Shown here in pieces: positions 27,704 through 40,043 of a stretch of DNA of 64,000 nt. The notes below the pieces were generated by a model. It ran no database searches. It saw only the letters and a list, made by a program, of their open reading frames with translations, and was not told where the DNA came from. The translations under genes were made by a program, and so were the position numbers. This stretch comes from Escherichia phage UE-S1. The stretch lies in the sequence record ON568341.1; one strand, 5' to 3'. Within the stretch, counting starts at the first letter, position 1. Every line of letters starts with the position of its first letter.

Positions 27704-29992
27704 ATGAATCTTACTCAATTGTTCAAAAAAAGCGACGAACTGGCAACATCTCTCGGTCATACATTCTTGACTATTGACCATGTGAGTGCTACAGTACTAA
27801 CCATTGATAGCATCAAGAACGTGTTTGAAGATATGAATATTGATGCAGACAAATTGCATAATCGCTTGATGGACTATCTTAAAAATACATCGGTTCCACA
27901 TGCACCAAAAAGTACAAAAGATGAAGATGCCAATCGTACTTCACTACTAGTAAATCGTGTCGTACATGAGCTTTCAAAAAAATCTGTCATTGAACAACTA
28001 AAAACTGATGATTTTTCGATTGATGCATATTTTGTACTATTTGAATGCTTGTCTTTCCCAAACACTGCACTTGAAGCTGCATTGAAAGAAGAAGGTGTTA
28101 GTTGTACTGAGGCGGCTCGTGCACTACAGAAACATGTTGAGACACTTAATAAGGGTATCAACCTACAAAGCATTAATGATGAACCTACTGGAGATAAAAA
28201 AGTGGCTCAACCACAGCAATCATCTAAACAAAAAGGGTTAGAAGACTACACCACGAATCTAACCGCTCTTGCAAAAGAAGGAAAATTAGATCCGATGATT
28301 GGTCGCCAAAAAGAACTGCGTGCACTGATTGAGACACTCGCTCGTAAAACTAAAAAGAATGCAATTCTTACTGGTGAAGCTGGTGTAGGTAAAACACAAA
28401 TCATTGATGGACTGGCTCAAGCCATCGCTGATGGTAATGTACCTGAACACCTGAAAAATGTTGAAATTCTTTCACTAAATGTTGGTGCATTGACTGCTGG
28501 TACAAAGTACCGTGGTGAGTTTGAAGAACGCATCGATAATTTACTAAAAGAACTAAAGAAACGCGAAAATACTATTGTTTTCATTGATGAAATTCATATT
28601 ATGGTTGGTGCAGGTTCTGCAAGTAATGGCTCTATGGATATGAGCAATATGCTAAAACCAGCACTTTCACGTGGTGAGATTCGTGTGATTGGTGCAACAA
28701 CATACGAAGAATATCGCAAAAATATCGAAAAAGATAGTGCATTAACTCGTCGTTTTATGAAAATTGACGTAGTTGAGCCGACAATTGATGAAACTCGTGC
28801 AATTGTTAATGGGTTAAAGCCAACTTATGAAAAATTCCATAATGTTGAGTTTACATCCGATGCAATGGATGCTGTAATTTCTCTCAGTGATAAATTCCTG
28901 AAGAATAAACACTTCCCTGATAAAGCAATTGACCTAATGGATGCTGCTGCTGCCAAAGTTCGCTCACGTGACAATAATAGTAAGCTTATTACTGCAAGCT
29001 TGGTTCAAGAAGTGGTTGCTGGTATTGCAAACTTAGATATCAATGTGGTTGCATGTACCGAAAGTGAACGTATGCGTAATCTTCCAGATGCACTTCGTTC
29101 ACGTGTATATGGTCAAGATGAGGCTATTCAAAAATTAGTAGATAACGTAATGGTTGCTCGTGCGGGACTACGTGATAAATCAAGTGTTCAGGGTGCATTT
29201 ATGTTCGTTGGTCCATCTGGAACTGGTAAAACTGAAATCACCAAAGCATTAGCTGATGCAACTGGTTCTGAACTTATTCGTTTTGATATGTCAGAGTTTT
29301 CACAAGAACATACAGTATCTAAACTTATCGGTTCACCTCCAGGGTATGTTGGTCATGATTCTGGTAACGGATTACTGCTAGATAAGATCGAACAGTTTCC
29401 GAATGCAGTACTGTTACTTGATGAAATCGAAAAAGCAGATCGTAAAGTACTACTAACCTTCCTACAGGTTCTGGATGAAGGTCGTTTGACTGGTTCACAA
29501 GGAAAAACTGTATATTTTAATAACGTAACTGTTATTATGACTACAAACCTTGGTGCGGCAGATTCAACCAAACGTAGTATTGGTATGAGTGGTAGTGAAA
29601 CTGCTCAAGATAAAGCAATCAAAGCATTTTTACCACCTGAATTCATTAACCGTATTGATAGTATCGTTACGTTTAATGAACTAAGCAGTGAAGCGATTGA
29701 TAGCATCATTGATAAATTTATTGGAAGCTTAAATGACCAAGTAAAAAGCCGTAATGTAAAAGTTACTCTTACAAAAGCAGCACGTGAATGGTTGGCACAA
29801 AATGGTGTACAGGCTGGTATGGGTGCACGACCAATGAAGCGTACAATTGAACAAAACATTCGTGTCCCACTAGCGAAAGAAATGCTGTGTGGAACGCTAG
29901 TGAATGGTGGTAACATCACATTTGATGTTATTAATGGTAAAATTGGTATCAAACCAAAACGTACCAGAACAGTTGAAAAATCACTAGCCTAA
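27704..29992 (+). CDS. ClpA/ClpB-like double AAA+ ATPase (unfoldase); start moved to the ATG with an AGGAGAA ribosome-binding site
   Basis: Two P-loops (GEAGVGKTQ; GPSGTGKTE), two Walker B sites (IVFIDEIH; [10 protein letters not shown]), Clp-N-like N-terminus; the track start at 27677 is a GTG. Confidence 0.8.
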   Translation: MNLTQLFKKSDELATSLGHTFLTIDHVSATVLTIDSIKNVFEDMNIDADKLHNRLMDYLKNTSVPHAPKSTKDEDANRTSLLVNRVVHELSKKSVIEQLKTDDFSIDAYFVLFECLSFPNTALEAALKEEGVSCTEAARALQKHVETLNKGINLQSINDEPTGDKKVAQPQQSSKQKGLEDYTTNLTALAKEGKLDPMIGRQKELRALIETLARKTKKNAILTGEAGVGKTQIIDGLAQAIADGNVPEHLKNVEILSLNVGALTAGTKYRGEFEERIDNLLKELKKRENTIVFIDEIHIMVGAGSASNGSMDMSNMLKPALSRGEIRVIGATTYEEYRKNIEKDSALTRRFMKIDVVEPTIDETRAIVNGLKPTYEKFHNVEFTSDAMDAVISLSDKFLKNKHFPDKAIDLMDAAAAKVRSRDNNSKLITASLVQEVVAGIANLDINVVACTESERMRNLPDALRSRVYGQDEAIQKLVDNVMVARAGLRDKSSVQGAFMFVGPSGTGKTEITKALADATGSELIRFDMSEFSQEHTVSKLIGSPPGYVGHDSGNGLLLDKIEQFPNAVLLLDEIEKADRKVLLTFLQVLDEGRLTGSQGKTVYFNNVTVIMTTNLGAADSTKRSIGMSGSETAQDKAIKAFLPPEFINRIDSIVTFNELSSEAIDSIIDKFIGSLNDQVKSRNVKVTLTKAAREWLAQNGVQAGMGARPMKRTIEQNIRVPLAKEMLCGTLVNGGNITFDVINGKIGIKPKRTRTVEKSLA

Positions 29993-30027
29993 AAAAGAAA
30001 AGGAGAGCATATTGCTCTCCTTTTTTA
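29992..30027. terminator. Bidirectional rho-independent terminator
   Basis: A-tract, AGGAGAGCA-tatt-GCTCTCC hairpin, T6. Confidence 0.65.
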
Positions 30028-33000
30028 TTATTTAACTAACAATATATTCTTAATATCATTCCCACTTACTCGTAGGCTATTAGTATACATTGAAAGGTCT
30101 ATTATGTAACTATTTTGAGTATAATGTTTAAATTTATCATAACTACCCAAATTAATACCATTAAAAGAATATGTAGTATTAAGTTTAAAATCATGCTCAG
30201 CACTATACATTACTCCACGGAGCAAATTATTTGCATTTCTGACTTCAACTTTTTCATATCCAATCGATATAATGTCATTCTTGTTAGCAGAAGAACTTAC
30301 TAACACATTATTTCTAACATTATAAGGACTTACTGATATAGGTTGTGCAACATACGTTGTATTTTCTTCACTGATAGTTGTTATGTTAGTGATAGTACCA
30401 CCGACAACACCTATATATATATCGTCAACCATTGGATATCCATAAACCCATATACCTTCATTGTTTTTGAATGGTTTGATAACATTCGCATCATATTCAA
30501 TTACGTTAATTTCTAAACAATCAGGCATTTTAGTTCTTACCAACTCACTAAGAACACCAGCCCCAGTAATTGGTAGGTTATACCCATTATCTATAGTAAT
30601 TCCATCGTCATTAAATATTTCGTTCGATACAATCCACACATCAACATCATCAGGTGTCATTCCGTCATTATACTTACCACCATTTAAAGTAGTATCATAA
30701 AAAACGTCATAATTGATCACATCAATAGTGTAATTTCGGTTTTGTTCATATAATTTAATATCATCTTTGACAAATTCTGAGTCAGAAAATGTTCTAACAC
30801 GAACGATGTTCAATGCAAGAGGCTGTACTGGCTCATTTTGTTGTGCAAGTGTGATATTATCATAACGAAGAACCGCACCAGAAGTATCAACTAATTCAAT
30901 CGTTTCCTTACCAGTAGTTCTTACTGTGAAAAGGATAGGAGTTGTATTATGTTTGATCTTAGATACACGCAATATGGTTTCCCATTTATGGTTTTGATAT
31001 CTTATAAAGTCTTCACCATCAGGAGTGAAAATCATCACCTTATCACCATCAGATAGGTCATTGTCAACAATTTCTGCTTCAGTCAAGCTATTAATAGATC
31101 TCACACGATAAAAATATTTTTCATCAAACGGTGCTGATTTTTTATTAATATCATTTTCAATCTTAGCATATGAAGGAATACTAACAATTGCTTCTGTGTG
31201 TTTATATGGATTTATAATTGCCATACCTTCAGTTTTATATCTACTATTATTACGCAATTGCACCAGTGACACGTTATCAAACCCATATCCATCAACAGTA
31301 AATCTAATATGTCCAACATCACGTCCAGATGGATTTATATCAGATATGTCAATAATATAAGGATCAACTTCATCGTCTTTAACTTCCCATTTTATGGTAG
31401 AAGTTTGTGATTCTAATGCAAGGTTATCAAATGCATTCATATCATTAAAGTACTTAGCTTCAGAAATACTTTTAAGTATATATTGATAGTTTGAATACAT
31501 TGGGTTATTTGTATCTTGTGGTAAATCATCAAGATTTATTTCCGCAAGTTCAACCATTTCACCATTTGTAATAAAATAATCTTCCATGAAATCATCAATA
31601 CTTCTGTTATCTGGTATACTTTGATATACACCATTAACATTTAAGTACACATATTTCCTTGGCATCATAGTAATAGCATAGATATCAATTGGTGTTTTTG
31701 AAAGAATTTCTTCCGCTTTTTCATACTTGTCGGTAGCATCTTTGTCAAACAATCCTCTCATACCAGCTAATACATGAACTGCATCTGAATAGAAACGCGT
31801 ATCTCCACCAACTTCGTCATAACGATAAACGTATACACCATATTCAACTTCTAGTTTTACTTTAATATCATAGTCTGATGCATCAGGATGTTCATCTTTA
31901 ATTAAAGAAATATATTTTTCATATAATTCTTTGCTTATTTCAAAATACCCATAGTTATAATCATTACTAGAAGAAAAACCTAATGGAAGTCTGGTGTTTG
32001 GATTATCATTGTAAGTCAAACCACTGAATCCACAACCAACGGCATCATGAATTTTATCATCACTGATATCTTTATAAAGTTTCAATCGGTTGGCTAATGT
32101 GTTATACTGAACATATTGTCTAAGGTCAGTAAACATTTCATTATGTGTTGATTCTTTATAAACGCGTTCTAACGTAGCTGTAAATTTATCAGTAGCTTCT
32201 AAATCATCTGCATGTTCTTTATACCACTTGTTTACACCATGTGCAGTTCCAAGTGTTACATCCAATTCTGGATAGTAGATTTGCATTAGATAAGCATTAA
32301 CAAGGTCAAACGAATTTTCATTATATTCTGGGAAAGAATATATGTAACGTTGTAATTCATAGTTATTAACAGAGTCTTTTTCATTGGTTTGATATTTTTT
32401 ATTAACATTAATTAAATCATTAATGTTTGCCAAATCTTCATTTGGTTTACATTGAATGTTATCATAATGCATAATAATATCAATTTCTTGGAATCTTCTA
32501 TGTGGGGAAATAAAATCACTAGGTAGTGCACCAACTTGTTCCCATTTTTTAGTAACTTCATTATATTGTGCGTACTCGTAATCCCAAATATCTTTTTCAG
32601 TTTTAATCCAAGAACCATCAACGAAAATATACCCATTAGGATCTAAATCGTTACAAAGACCTTTTATTAAATCATCATCAGATGTTTTTTGTTCTATTTG
32701 TGAACGAATTTTAGTTCTATAAGGTTTAACCTCTTCAAAGTACTCAACAATTTGATTAATCAAATTGTCATTTGAGTAATTTTGTACTAAAGATTGTTCC
32801 AAACCAACAATATAGATATAGGAAGTTTTAAATACCCAATCTACAACACTTTGTTCAACGTGAACATATTTTACCATATCAAAAACAATTTCACTTTGAT
32901 GTAAATCGAAAGAATGTTTGAGTAATGCTAGTGCTTTACGAACATTTATTTCACGATTACTAAGGGAACCGTTTTCATTATGAATACTATAGTCTGCATA

Positions 33001-36000
33001 AATCAAATCATTAAGTTCAATAGTGCTATGTTGACGACCAATAGCTTTCCAATAAATTGAATCACGCGATTGTGCTTTGATATACAACGTCCAAATATTT
33101 TCACTATCCGTAACTCTGATGATATCACCAACTTGATAATTTTTAGTATTTGCTTCTTCTAAACTAGTCTCTTGAATATAAGCTGTTTTGCTATCATACC
33201 CAACGTCATACCAATCAGCATACGACCAGTACTGAGTCATATCTAATGATGTTCCAAGTGATTCGACATAATCACTTTGCTTAATCATTTTATGTTGTCC
33301 CTCACCTTTATTTTCTAAAGTTATAGTAACAACATTTCCTGTATTGGCTGGGCTGTTCATTAACTGAATATATCCATTTTCATCAAAGTGAATGAAATAA
33401 ACTGCACTAGTGGATAAAGGATTTGGTAGATAACCACTGGAACTTAAAATAACAGCGTCATTTTCTTTAAATTTATCCTGCTCGACTGCAATCACTAATT
33501 CATTATTATAAGACAATACACGGAAAGAAACCTCATTAGGGTTAACTTCTGTTGTTTTGACATTAAACACATCTTCCATAACAACACTATTAGTGGTTAT
33601 GTTTTGTGATCTATAATAATTATTTGCACTTTCTACAAAGTTTCTTCGTGCATCAATTACATTCTGGAACCAGGTTTTATTGGAGCCTATACCATTATCA
33701 ACATCTGGATATAATAAATTTATCACCGAACCTGACTTGGTTGTTTCTTGTCCTATTAGTGAGTTCCACATTGAATCCCAAATTAATGGATTAAAGTTAT
33801 AGCTTTCACCCTCTTTACACAGTTGGTATTGATCATGTTTAACAACTTCAGTACTGTCCATATAGTAAGAAATAGTCAAAACACTAGTGTCATCATTGAC
33901 TTTAAACTGCATATTACTAAGGATAAAGGAGTTTTCATTAATTGGTGCAAACCAAGGAATGTTTAACTGTGATGGATCTTTAATAATACGTGCAATATCA
34001 GTACATGATTTAGTTCTGGTATGTAAAGGTGGTACATAAATTGTATCACGTACCCAGAAATAGTATTTTGTCACATAACTGTCAGTTGAGCTATCATATT
34101 CCAAAAATGTACTATAATTATCTTCAAGTGCAGTTCCGCTTGGAAGATACATATTATTATTTTTGTTTTTCTTAGCAACATCTTTACAGTACTTATCCCA
34201 GTTATATGGTTCTACTGGCGAGCATACCCACTCCAATACATCAATAGTGCTATGTGGCAACAAACGCCCCCAGTTGTATCGTTTGTATTCATTAGTAGCG
34301 TCAATATCAACATTACCATCTGCGTCATAAATGGCACGAGTATAATCCAAATAAAATGCAGTGCTTGTGTTCCACCATACTTGACCTACTTTATCTGCAC
34401 CCCAAGCTTGGACTAATTCACCATTACTATTATATTGTGCAGGGTCAATTGGTGAAGTATATGTCACGTTTTGCATAGCTGCACCTGGAATAACACCATT
34501 AATTGGGTCATAAACGTTTAGATATAATGCAGTAATATTTGTACGTTCATCATACGTTGTTGGTCGTTCAAATAGAGTGCTCTGTGGTGCTTTAAAGCTA
34601 TATTTTTTGTCAATATATTCTTGACGTTTATCAGCACTAGTGAATCGTGACACATAACGATACAAACGTGGACGAGTAGCCGGATCAGTAAATTCAATAT
34701 TAATTGAAGTATCAAATGGAACTACCATAACTTTAGGATCTTCGCCAGCAGTGTAATATTGACTTTCTACAGTTAAGGTATCTGGCATAAAATTCGTTTC
34801 ATCAACAAAATAATAATAATCGCCATCTTCAAGTGGGATTTTATCAGTCAATGTTACTTTACAGAATTGTTCAGCGTAAATATCGGTATTTTCGATTGGT
34901 GTTATAGAAACCATTTGCACATTAGTGTCAACTAATTCAAAAATGTTCCACAAACCATTACCATCTTTAAACATCCAAACTGATTCAGGATTTTCACCTT
35001 TACCATTAACATAAGAAATGCGGTCGTTATATGCAGTACTGAAATCTTTAGTAGTGTAAGATACTTCATCTAAGGTAACTGGACCAATATCAGGAAGTTG
35101 AATGTGTTCACTTCTCCCACTACGCATTGGAAATGAAAATTTTCCATTCGGGCGTGTAATCCAACGTGGGTCTTTACCTTGATCACCAAAATATACAACA
35201 TTATTACCAGTACCATTTGAAGTTGCATTTTCATCAAAAGACACCATTTGTGGTTGTTGTTTAAATTGGTCATTAATTAATTTAAATTGAAGATTTTTCT
35301 TACCATCAATATTACCATATGTACCAATTTTAAATGCCCATTCTTGTAATGCTTTATACTCATCAGTGTCATATGATTTAGAAACACGCAAAACACGTTC
35401 TAAAACTTGGTTAGTACCTTTATCATGAATAAATCCTTTATAAAAATCAACACGACTAACATCGCTACTAATCATACGTTGTAGATAATCACGGGATTGA
35501 TAGCCAATTAAATGACTAGACAATTCTTGTAATTGTACATCGCTTACTGGACTTTCATTATCATAGTAATGTTGGAAATCAGTTACTAATGTTTCAAATG
35601 AAGGAATTGTACCAGATTCTAATATAATAAAACCAGGTGCTTGTAATCTTCCAGTCCATGAACCAGTAATATAACCGTACATTTTGATTAGTTCCTGAAT
35701 AGAACCATATGTTGGTTGATAGATGTAATCACCAAAAATAGTTTTATCATCAAATATAACCGCATGTTCATATGAACACAAACTTAAACGAAGTAATGCA
35801 ATACGTTTATTAGAATCTAATGTTCTAACAGTGAAAATATTACCAATACGAGAAGTTTCGATTTCATACTGACGAATACCTTGGTTATTATCGTCAAGTA
35901 GTGACCATACTCCACCATTATTTTGTGTAATAGACTGAACTGAACCAAAATCTGAACCAAATTTTGCATTTGCTGCACTTGGTGTACAAGATATAAATTC

Positions 36001-39000
36001 ACCAGTTATAAGAGAATTCTGACTCCACATCACAAAATCTTTAGCAATAGTGTTCCAATCTTGTTGAACGCCGCCATCATTTACATCTTCGAAGATCCAT
36101 CCATGTTCTTTAAGATACTCCCCATAACCACAAATAAAAGTATAGACTTCTTGGTAACTGTTAAGAACTGTTCCATATTCAATAGAAGCCTCAGACTTCC
36201 ATTCATTGTAATGGACAACATTACGGTTTTCTAATTTAAGAGTTACTTTTCGACCATTTTTCACTGGGAGTTTATATTTAAATTTAGCCCCAACCAAGTC
36301 ATATCCATCTATTTGATATGCACTACCATTCCAGGTAATTTTGATAGCACTCATCTGTTCATCACGAATATTATTTGAACGTACAAGTCCAATTGTTTGG
36401 TTTTCTTGTGAAATCAACCCAAATGATTTAGCATTGAATGTTAGTTGGTCTGCTTTAGTAAATCCTCCAATTTTATGTCCTACATTTACATTAGAAGAAC
36501 GAACAACATCACCATATTTTGTAGTAATGTTTTTATTTTGATACATCAAATAATCACTAACGAACATTTGATACCCAATTGTTCTTGTGTTATTTTCACC
36601 ATGAACAGTGGTTTTTTTATCAAAATTGATACGATTACGGGTATCCCCATAAAGAAATTGTTCACCACCAGTGAATATTTCTTTTAAATTATCATTTCGG
36701 GTGTCCCAAAAATAGTTTGCGAATTGTGCTGGTTTAGCTTTATACAATAGCATCATTTGGTCATATGCAAATAATGTGGTATTCATGTAAGTAAATTCCA
36801 TGTCACCCATATCACCATATGCCCAAGGTTCGGCTCTATGATTTAAAGAACCAGATACTAAACCTAAAATCTCAGGGGCAATATACTCAACAACACAAAT
36901 ATCCACTCCAGAGGATGTTTTATTTCCAGTTTTTGTAATTTTAAATGGTTGTACACCAAATCTTCTATATTTGTCATACTGACCACGGCGGTCACCAGAT
37001 AAAATTGTACCAGTACTACTATCCCCGATAGTATCATTAATATTCCACAGACCACTAGGAACTAAATCACCTTGTTCATCAGTGACAAGTGCTTCATATA
37101 CATATACAACATCACCATCACGTTCACCAACTTGAACAGCAGTTGGTTCATATTCTTGATTCCACCAAGTAGGACGTTGTGTAAATCCAAACATTTCCCA
37201 TGGATGTGTTGCTGGACGATATGTACCATATTGGTCAGTATAGATTGCACGCCACGAACCACGAGCAGGAATTTCAGTACTTTTACCATTGACCATATAA
37301 TAGGTTCCAGTGTAGTTCCATGTTCTCCAGTTACTGGGATCATAATCATGTGTACTATTACTAATACCATTGGATGCTGTAAAGTTAATATAACCACGCA
37401 ATAAAAGTGTTTGTTTCTCTTCCGCACTATATTCAGTTTTTGTAAAATATGGTGTAGGGAAAAGGTCATCACTATTCAATACTGGAACATAATCAACATC
37501 TTTGAATTTATTATCAATACTATTAAAAATTCTATTTTCTAACTCATAAACAACATCATCCATTTTATCAACACCATTAATTACACGGTATGCTTTTGAA
37601 ATAATACCAGTATGACTAATGTTATAAAAGCTTGGTTTACTACCAGCAGTTAGAAATGTAGCTTTCTCAGGAACATATGCTTGTAAAATACCCAAAAACT
37701 GTGGTGTTGGTGGTATAAATGCACGAACAAGTCCAGATGTGCTTCCTACATTATCATAATAGAACGGGAATGAGCTGTCGCGTCCCATATTGATAGTAGT
37801 TAAAATAGAATCAACAATATTTGCTGCACTATTTTGTAAAAAGTTAGATGGATTTTCATTATACATACGAAGCATTTGAGTATTAAATTTATTAATGAAT
37901 CGGAAATATTCAGATTGCATAAACATAGTTGCTTCAAATAAATCAATATCTTCATTTGCGGTATGAGCCATCAATGGAAGCATAGAAGCTTCATTTTGAA
38001 TAATTTTAGTTCCTACTCCATTATTCACTAATCCCTTAGCTAAACGTTCTTCATAATCGTTGAAGTCATCAGCATAACCACTAGTGATATTCTGTTGAAT
38101 AATATCCTGAAAATGTAGAGTATAGTCTCCTTGATTAATATATATAATATTGGAGTTATATGGGTTATTTTGTAAGTTAATCGGAACTTCATATGCACCT
38201 AATTCTTTATCAGGTGTTACGGTTCTACTATAAGTTCTAATTTGAATAACAGAATCATCATCTAAATCTACCGAACTATCAAGTGTGATGCTTTGTACTT
38301 GGCCTTTTGATACATTCTTTGTATATTTTGATACATTAACACCATCGACATTAACTTCAATAATATCAGAATCATTATCTAAAACTTTTTGAGCTAATTC
38401 AAACGTATGATCATATTTTAAAATCTGAATACCATCACCACTAATCTGATGCCAGTCCAAATAAGTTTCACGTTCTGCTTTATAGTACTGATATGTTCTA
38501 TCAACTTCAATAACATATGCATACATACCATCAACAGGTTCTTTGAACACTTCCATGTCATATACAGTACTGAATACTCGATACATGTCAGTGCGTTGGA
38601 CCTGTGGAGTTTGTTTTACATATTGTTTAGAGTATTCGTTTGAACGAACCCAATCAGTTTTTAGATTCATTTTATTATTTTCATCAATAATGTTATAATA
38701 ATACAATCCACCAATTTCAACTTCAACACCAAGATGATCATATGTATAACGTTGTGATTGCAAAAAGTTTTCATAGGTGTAATAGTTATAATCACCAAGT
38801 TCAATGTTATACCCATATACACTATCAGTAGCGTAATTATAATTTATTTTAAAACCAAATAATTGTGAACCTTTAAAGTTACTGGATGGGTATGTTGTAC
38901 TATTATCTAGTTTAATCCCATTGCGATCATAAAGTTGGAATTTTGGGAAGACGTTAACACTAGGTTTAGACTGTGCACGAACCCACAAATTACCATTCCA

Positions 39001-40023
39001 AAACATAGAACTATTACCATATTCATTACCTTTGGTAATTAAAACAACATCTCCATCCTGTGGTTCACCACTTGGACGAGATTCTGATTCTTCATCGGGG
39101 TCTAGTGCTAAGCCATAAACACGTGTACCATCTTGCATTTTTTTAACATATACTTTATAAATCCTATTGTTTTCACCATCGTTACCAATACTAGTGAATA
39201 GAATACGCATACCATCTTGTGGAATAATACCATCAATACGAATACCACTATTGACATCTTTTTGGATAATATCTTCAGGTTTAATATTATCAGAAAAAAG
39301 TTCAACTGTACCACGGAATTTCGTACCGTAGTTAATTAGCTCAATGTTTTTATTATATTCAATAATTGGTGCACGAGCACGAATAAAACGAGCATCTTGC
39401 ATTAATTCTTCGGTCAAGATTGAACCATCTTCCAGTGTCTCACCTAAAGTATACCAAAAGTTTTGTAATGACCAAGTATTACCATTAAGTGCACCACGTT
39501 CCATGACAATGTAGTCAGGAGTAGTAATATTATAAGAGTTTTTTGTATCCCAAAGATATGAGCTAAAATTATTCATTTTATTTGGGTTAATTGCAGGTGT
39601 CCATGCGTAAAACTTACCGTTAAATAAGCGACTTTCATTATCGGTTAGTGCTCCATAATGACTCATGTACCCAACCAGATCATCATAAAATTGAATTGAA
39701 CGAATAGTCGAATCATCATTTTTAGAGACGTAAGCAGTGGACAACTGATATAGTTGTCGAGCAACAGTACTTTCGTGTAAAAAGATATTACCAGCAGCGG
39801 CTGGAGAACCCATATCACCAATATAACCGTCAACTAATTCGTTTTCAGCCGGATTAAACCATTGTTGAATAACATCATCACTGACTTTCTGAATATCTTC
39901 TAAGCCTTGCATCCACTCAGGCAATCTTTTAATAAAAAGCTTTTTCTGTACTGCTTCAGCCATCTGTGTAGGTTGAAACTTAAAATTATTAGTCATTTTC
40001 TGGACTCCATATAATTCGTTCAT
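30028..40023 (-). CDS. Giant (3331-aa) virion protein at the position of a gp7 / gpI-like baseplate wedge component
   Basis: Uninterrupted ~10-kb ORF; sits directly downstream of the gp6/J-like gene in the conserved spike, W, J, I order. Confidence 0.65.
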   Translation of the reverse strand: MNELYGVQKMTNNFKFQPTQMAEAVQKKLFIKRLPEWMQGLEDIQKVSDDVIQQWFNPAENELVDGYIGDMGSPAAAGNIFLHESTVARQLYQLSTAYVSKNDDSTIRSIQFYDDLVGYMSHYGALTDNESRLFNGKFYAWTPAINPNKMNNFSSYLWDTKNSYNITTPDYIVMERGALNGNTWSLQNFWYTLGETLEDGSILTEELMQDARFIRARAPIIEYNKNIELINYGTKFRGTVELFSDNIKPEDIIQKDVNSGIRIDGIIPQDGMRILFTSIGNDGENNRIYKVYVKKMQDGTRVYGLALDPDEESESRPSGEPQDGDVVLITKGNEYGNSSMFWNGNLWVRAQSKPSVNVFPKFQLYDRNGIKLDNSTTYPSSNFKGSQLFGFKINYNYATDSVYGYNIELGDYNYYTYENFLQSQRYTYDHLGVEVEIGGLYYYNIIDENNKMNLKTDWVRSNEYSKQYVKQTPQVQRTDMYRVFSTVYDMEVFKEPVDGMYAYVIEVDRTYQYYKAERETYLDWHQISGDGIQILKYDHTFELAQKVLDNDSDIIEVNVDGVNVSKYTKNVSKGQVQSITLDSSVDLDDDSVIQIRTYSRTVTPDKELGAYEVPINLQNNPYNSNIIYINQGDYTLHFQDIIQQNITSGYADDFNDYEERLAKGLVNNGVGTKIIQNEASMLPLMAHTANEDIDLFEATMFMQSEYFRFINKFNTQMLRMYNENPSNFLQNSAANIVDSILTTINMGRDSSFPFYYDNVGSTSGLVRAFIPPTPQFLGILQAYVPEKATFLTAGSKPSFYNISHTGIISKAYRVINGVDKMDDVVYELENRIFNSIDNKFKDVDYVPVLNSDDLFPTPYFTKTEYSAEEKQTLLLRGYINFTASNGISNSTHDYDPSNWRTWNYTGTYYMVNGKSTEIPARGSWRAIYTDQYGTYRPATHPWEMFGFTQRPTWWNQEYEPTAVQVGERDGDVVYVYEALVTDEQGDLVPSGLWNINDTIGDSSTGTILSGDRRGQYDKYRRFGVQPFKITKTGNKTSSGVDICVVEYIAPEILGLVSGSLNHRAEPWAYGDMGDMEFTYMNTTLFAYDQMMLLYKAKPAQFANYFWDTRNDNLKEIFTGGEQFLYGDTRNRINFDKKTTVHGENNTRTIGYQMFVSDYLMYQNKNITTKYGDVVRSSNVNVGHKIGGFTKADQLTFNAKSFGLISQENQTIGLVRSNNIRDEQMSAIKITWNGSAYQIDGYDLVGAKFKYKLPVKNGRKVTLKLENRNVVHYNEWKSEASIEYGTVLNSYQEVYTFICGYGEYLKEHGWIFEDVNDGGVQQDWNTIAKDFVMWSQNSLITGEFISCTPSAANAKFGSDFGSVQSITQNNGGVWSLLDDNNQGIRQYEIETSRIGNIFTVRTLDSNKRIALLRLSLCSYEHAVIFDDKTIFGDYIYQPTYGSIQELIKMYGYITGSWTGRLQAPGFIILESGTIPSFETLVTDFQHYYDNESPVSDVQLQELSSHLIGYQSRDYLQRMISSDVSRVDFYKGFIHDKGTNQVLERVLRVSKSYDTDEYKALQEWAFKIGTYGNIDGKKNLQFKLINDQFKQQPQMVSFDENATSNGTGNNVVYFGDQGKDPRWITRPNGKFSFPMRSGRSEHIQLPDIGPVTLDEVSYTTKDFSTAYNDRISYVNGKGENPESVWMFKDGNGLWNIFELVDTNVQMVSITPIENTDIYAEQFCKVTLTDKIPLEDGDYYYFVDETNFMPDTLTVESQYYTAGEDPKVMVVPFDTSINIEFTDPATRPRLYRYVSRFTSADKRQEYIDKKYSFKAPQSTLFERPTTYDERTNITALYLNVYDPINGVIPGAAMQNVTYTSPIDPAQYNSNGELVQAWGADKVGQVWWNTSTAFYLDYTRAIYDADGNVDIDATNEYKRYNWGRLLPHSTIDVLEWVCSPVEPYNWDKYCKDVAKKNKNNNMYLPSGTALEDNYSTFLEYDSSTDSYVTKYYFWVRDTIYVPPLHTRTKSCTDIARIIKDPSQLNIPWFAPINENSFILSNMQFKVNDDTSVLTISYYMDSTEVVKHDQYQLCKEGESYNFNPLIWDSMWNSLIGQETTKSGSVINLLYPDVDNGIGSNKTWFQNVIDARRNFVESANNYYRSQNITTNSVVMEDVFNVKTTEVNPNEVSFRVLSYNNELVIAVEQDKFKENDAVILSSSGYLPNPLSTSAVYFIHFDENGYIQLMNSPANTGNVVTITLENKGEGQHKMIKQSDYVESLGTSLDMTQYWSYADWYDVGYDSKTAYIQETSLEEANTKNYQVGDIIRVTDSENIWTLYIKAQSRDSIYWKAIGRQHSTIELNDLIYADYSIHNENGSLSNREINVRKALALLKHSFDLHQSEIVFDMVKYVHVEQSVVDWVFKTSYIYIVGLEQSLVQNYSNDNLINQIVEYFEEVKPYRTKIRSQIEQKTSDDDLIKGLCNDLDPNGYIFVDGSWIKTEKDIWDYEYAQYNEVTKKWEQVGALPSDFISPHRRFQEIDIIMHYDNIQCKPNEDLANINDLINVNKKYQTNEKDSVNNYELQRYIYSFPEYNENSFDLVNAYLMQIYYPELDVTLGTAHGVNKWYKEHADDLEATDKFTATLERVYKESTHNEMFTDLRQYVQYNTLANRLKLYKDISDDKIHDAVGCGFSGLTYNDNPNTRLPLGFSSSNDYNYGYFEISKELYEKYISLIKDEHPDASDYDIKVKLEVEYGVYVYRYDEVGGDTRFYSDAVHVLAGMRGLFDKDATDKYEKAEEILSKTPIDIYAITMMPRKYVYLNVNGVYQSIPDNRSIDDFMEDYFITNGEMVELAEINLDDLPQDTNNPMYSNYQYILKSISEAKYFNDMNAFDNLALESQTSTIKWEVKDDEVDPYIIDISDINPSGRDVGHIRFTVDGYGFDNVSLVQLRNNSRYKTEGMAIINPYKHTEAIVSIPSYAKIENDINKKSAPFDEKYFYRVRSINSLTEAEIVDNDLSDGDKVMIFTPDGEDFIRYQNHKWETILRVSKIKHNTTPILFTVRTTGKETIELVDTSGAVLRYDNITLAQQNEPVQPLALNIVRVRTFSDSEFVKDDIKLYEQNRNYTIDVINYDVFYDTTLNGGKYNDGMTPDDVDVWIVSNEIFNDDGITIDNGYNLPITGAGVLSELVRTKMPDCLEINVIEYDANVIKPFKNNEGIWVYGYPMVDDIYIGVVGGTITNITTISEENTTYVAQPISVSPYNVRNNVLVSSSANKNDIISIGYEKVEVRNANNLLRGVMYSAEHDFKLNTTYSFNGINLGSYDKFKHYTQNSYIIDLSMYTNSLRVSGNDIKNILLVK

Positions 40024-40043
40024 TCATTTATTTTATTTATTAG

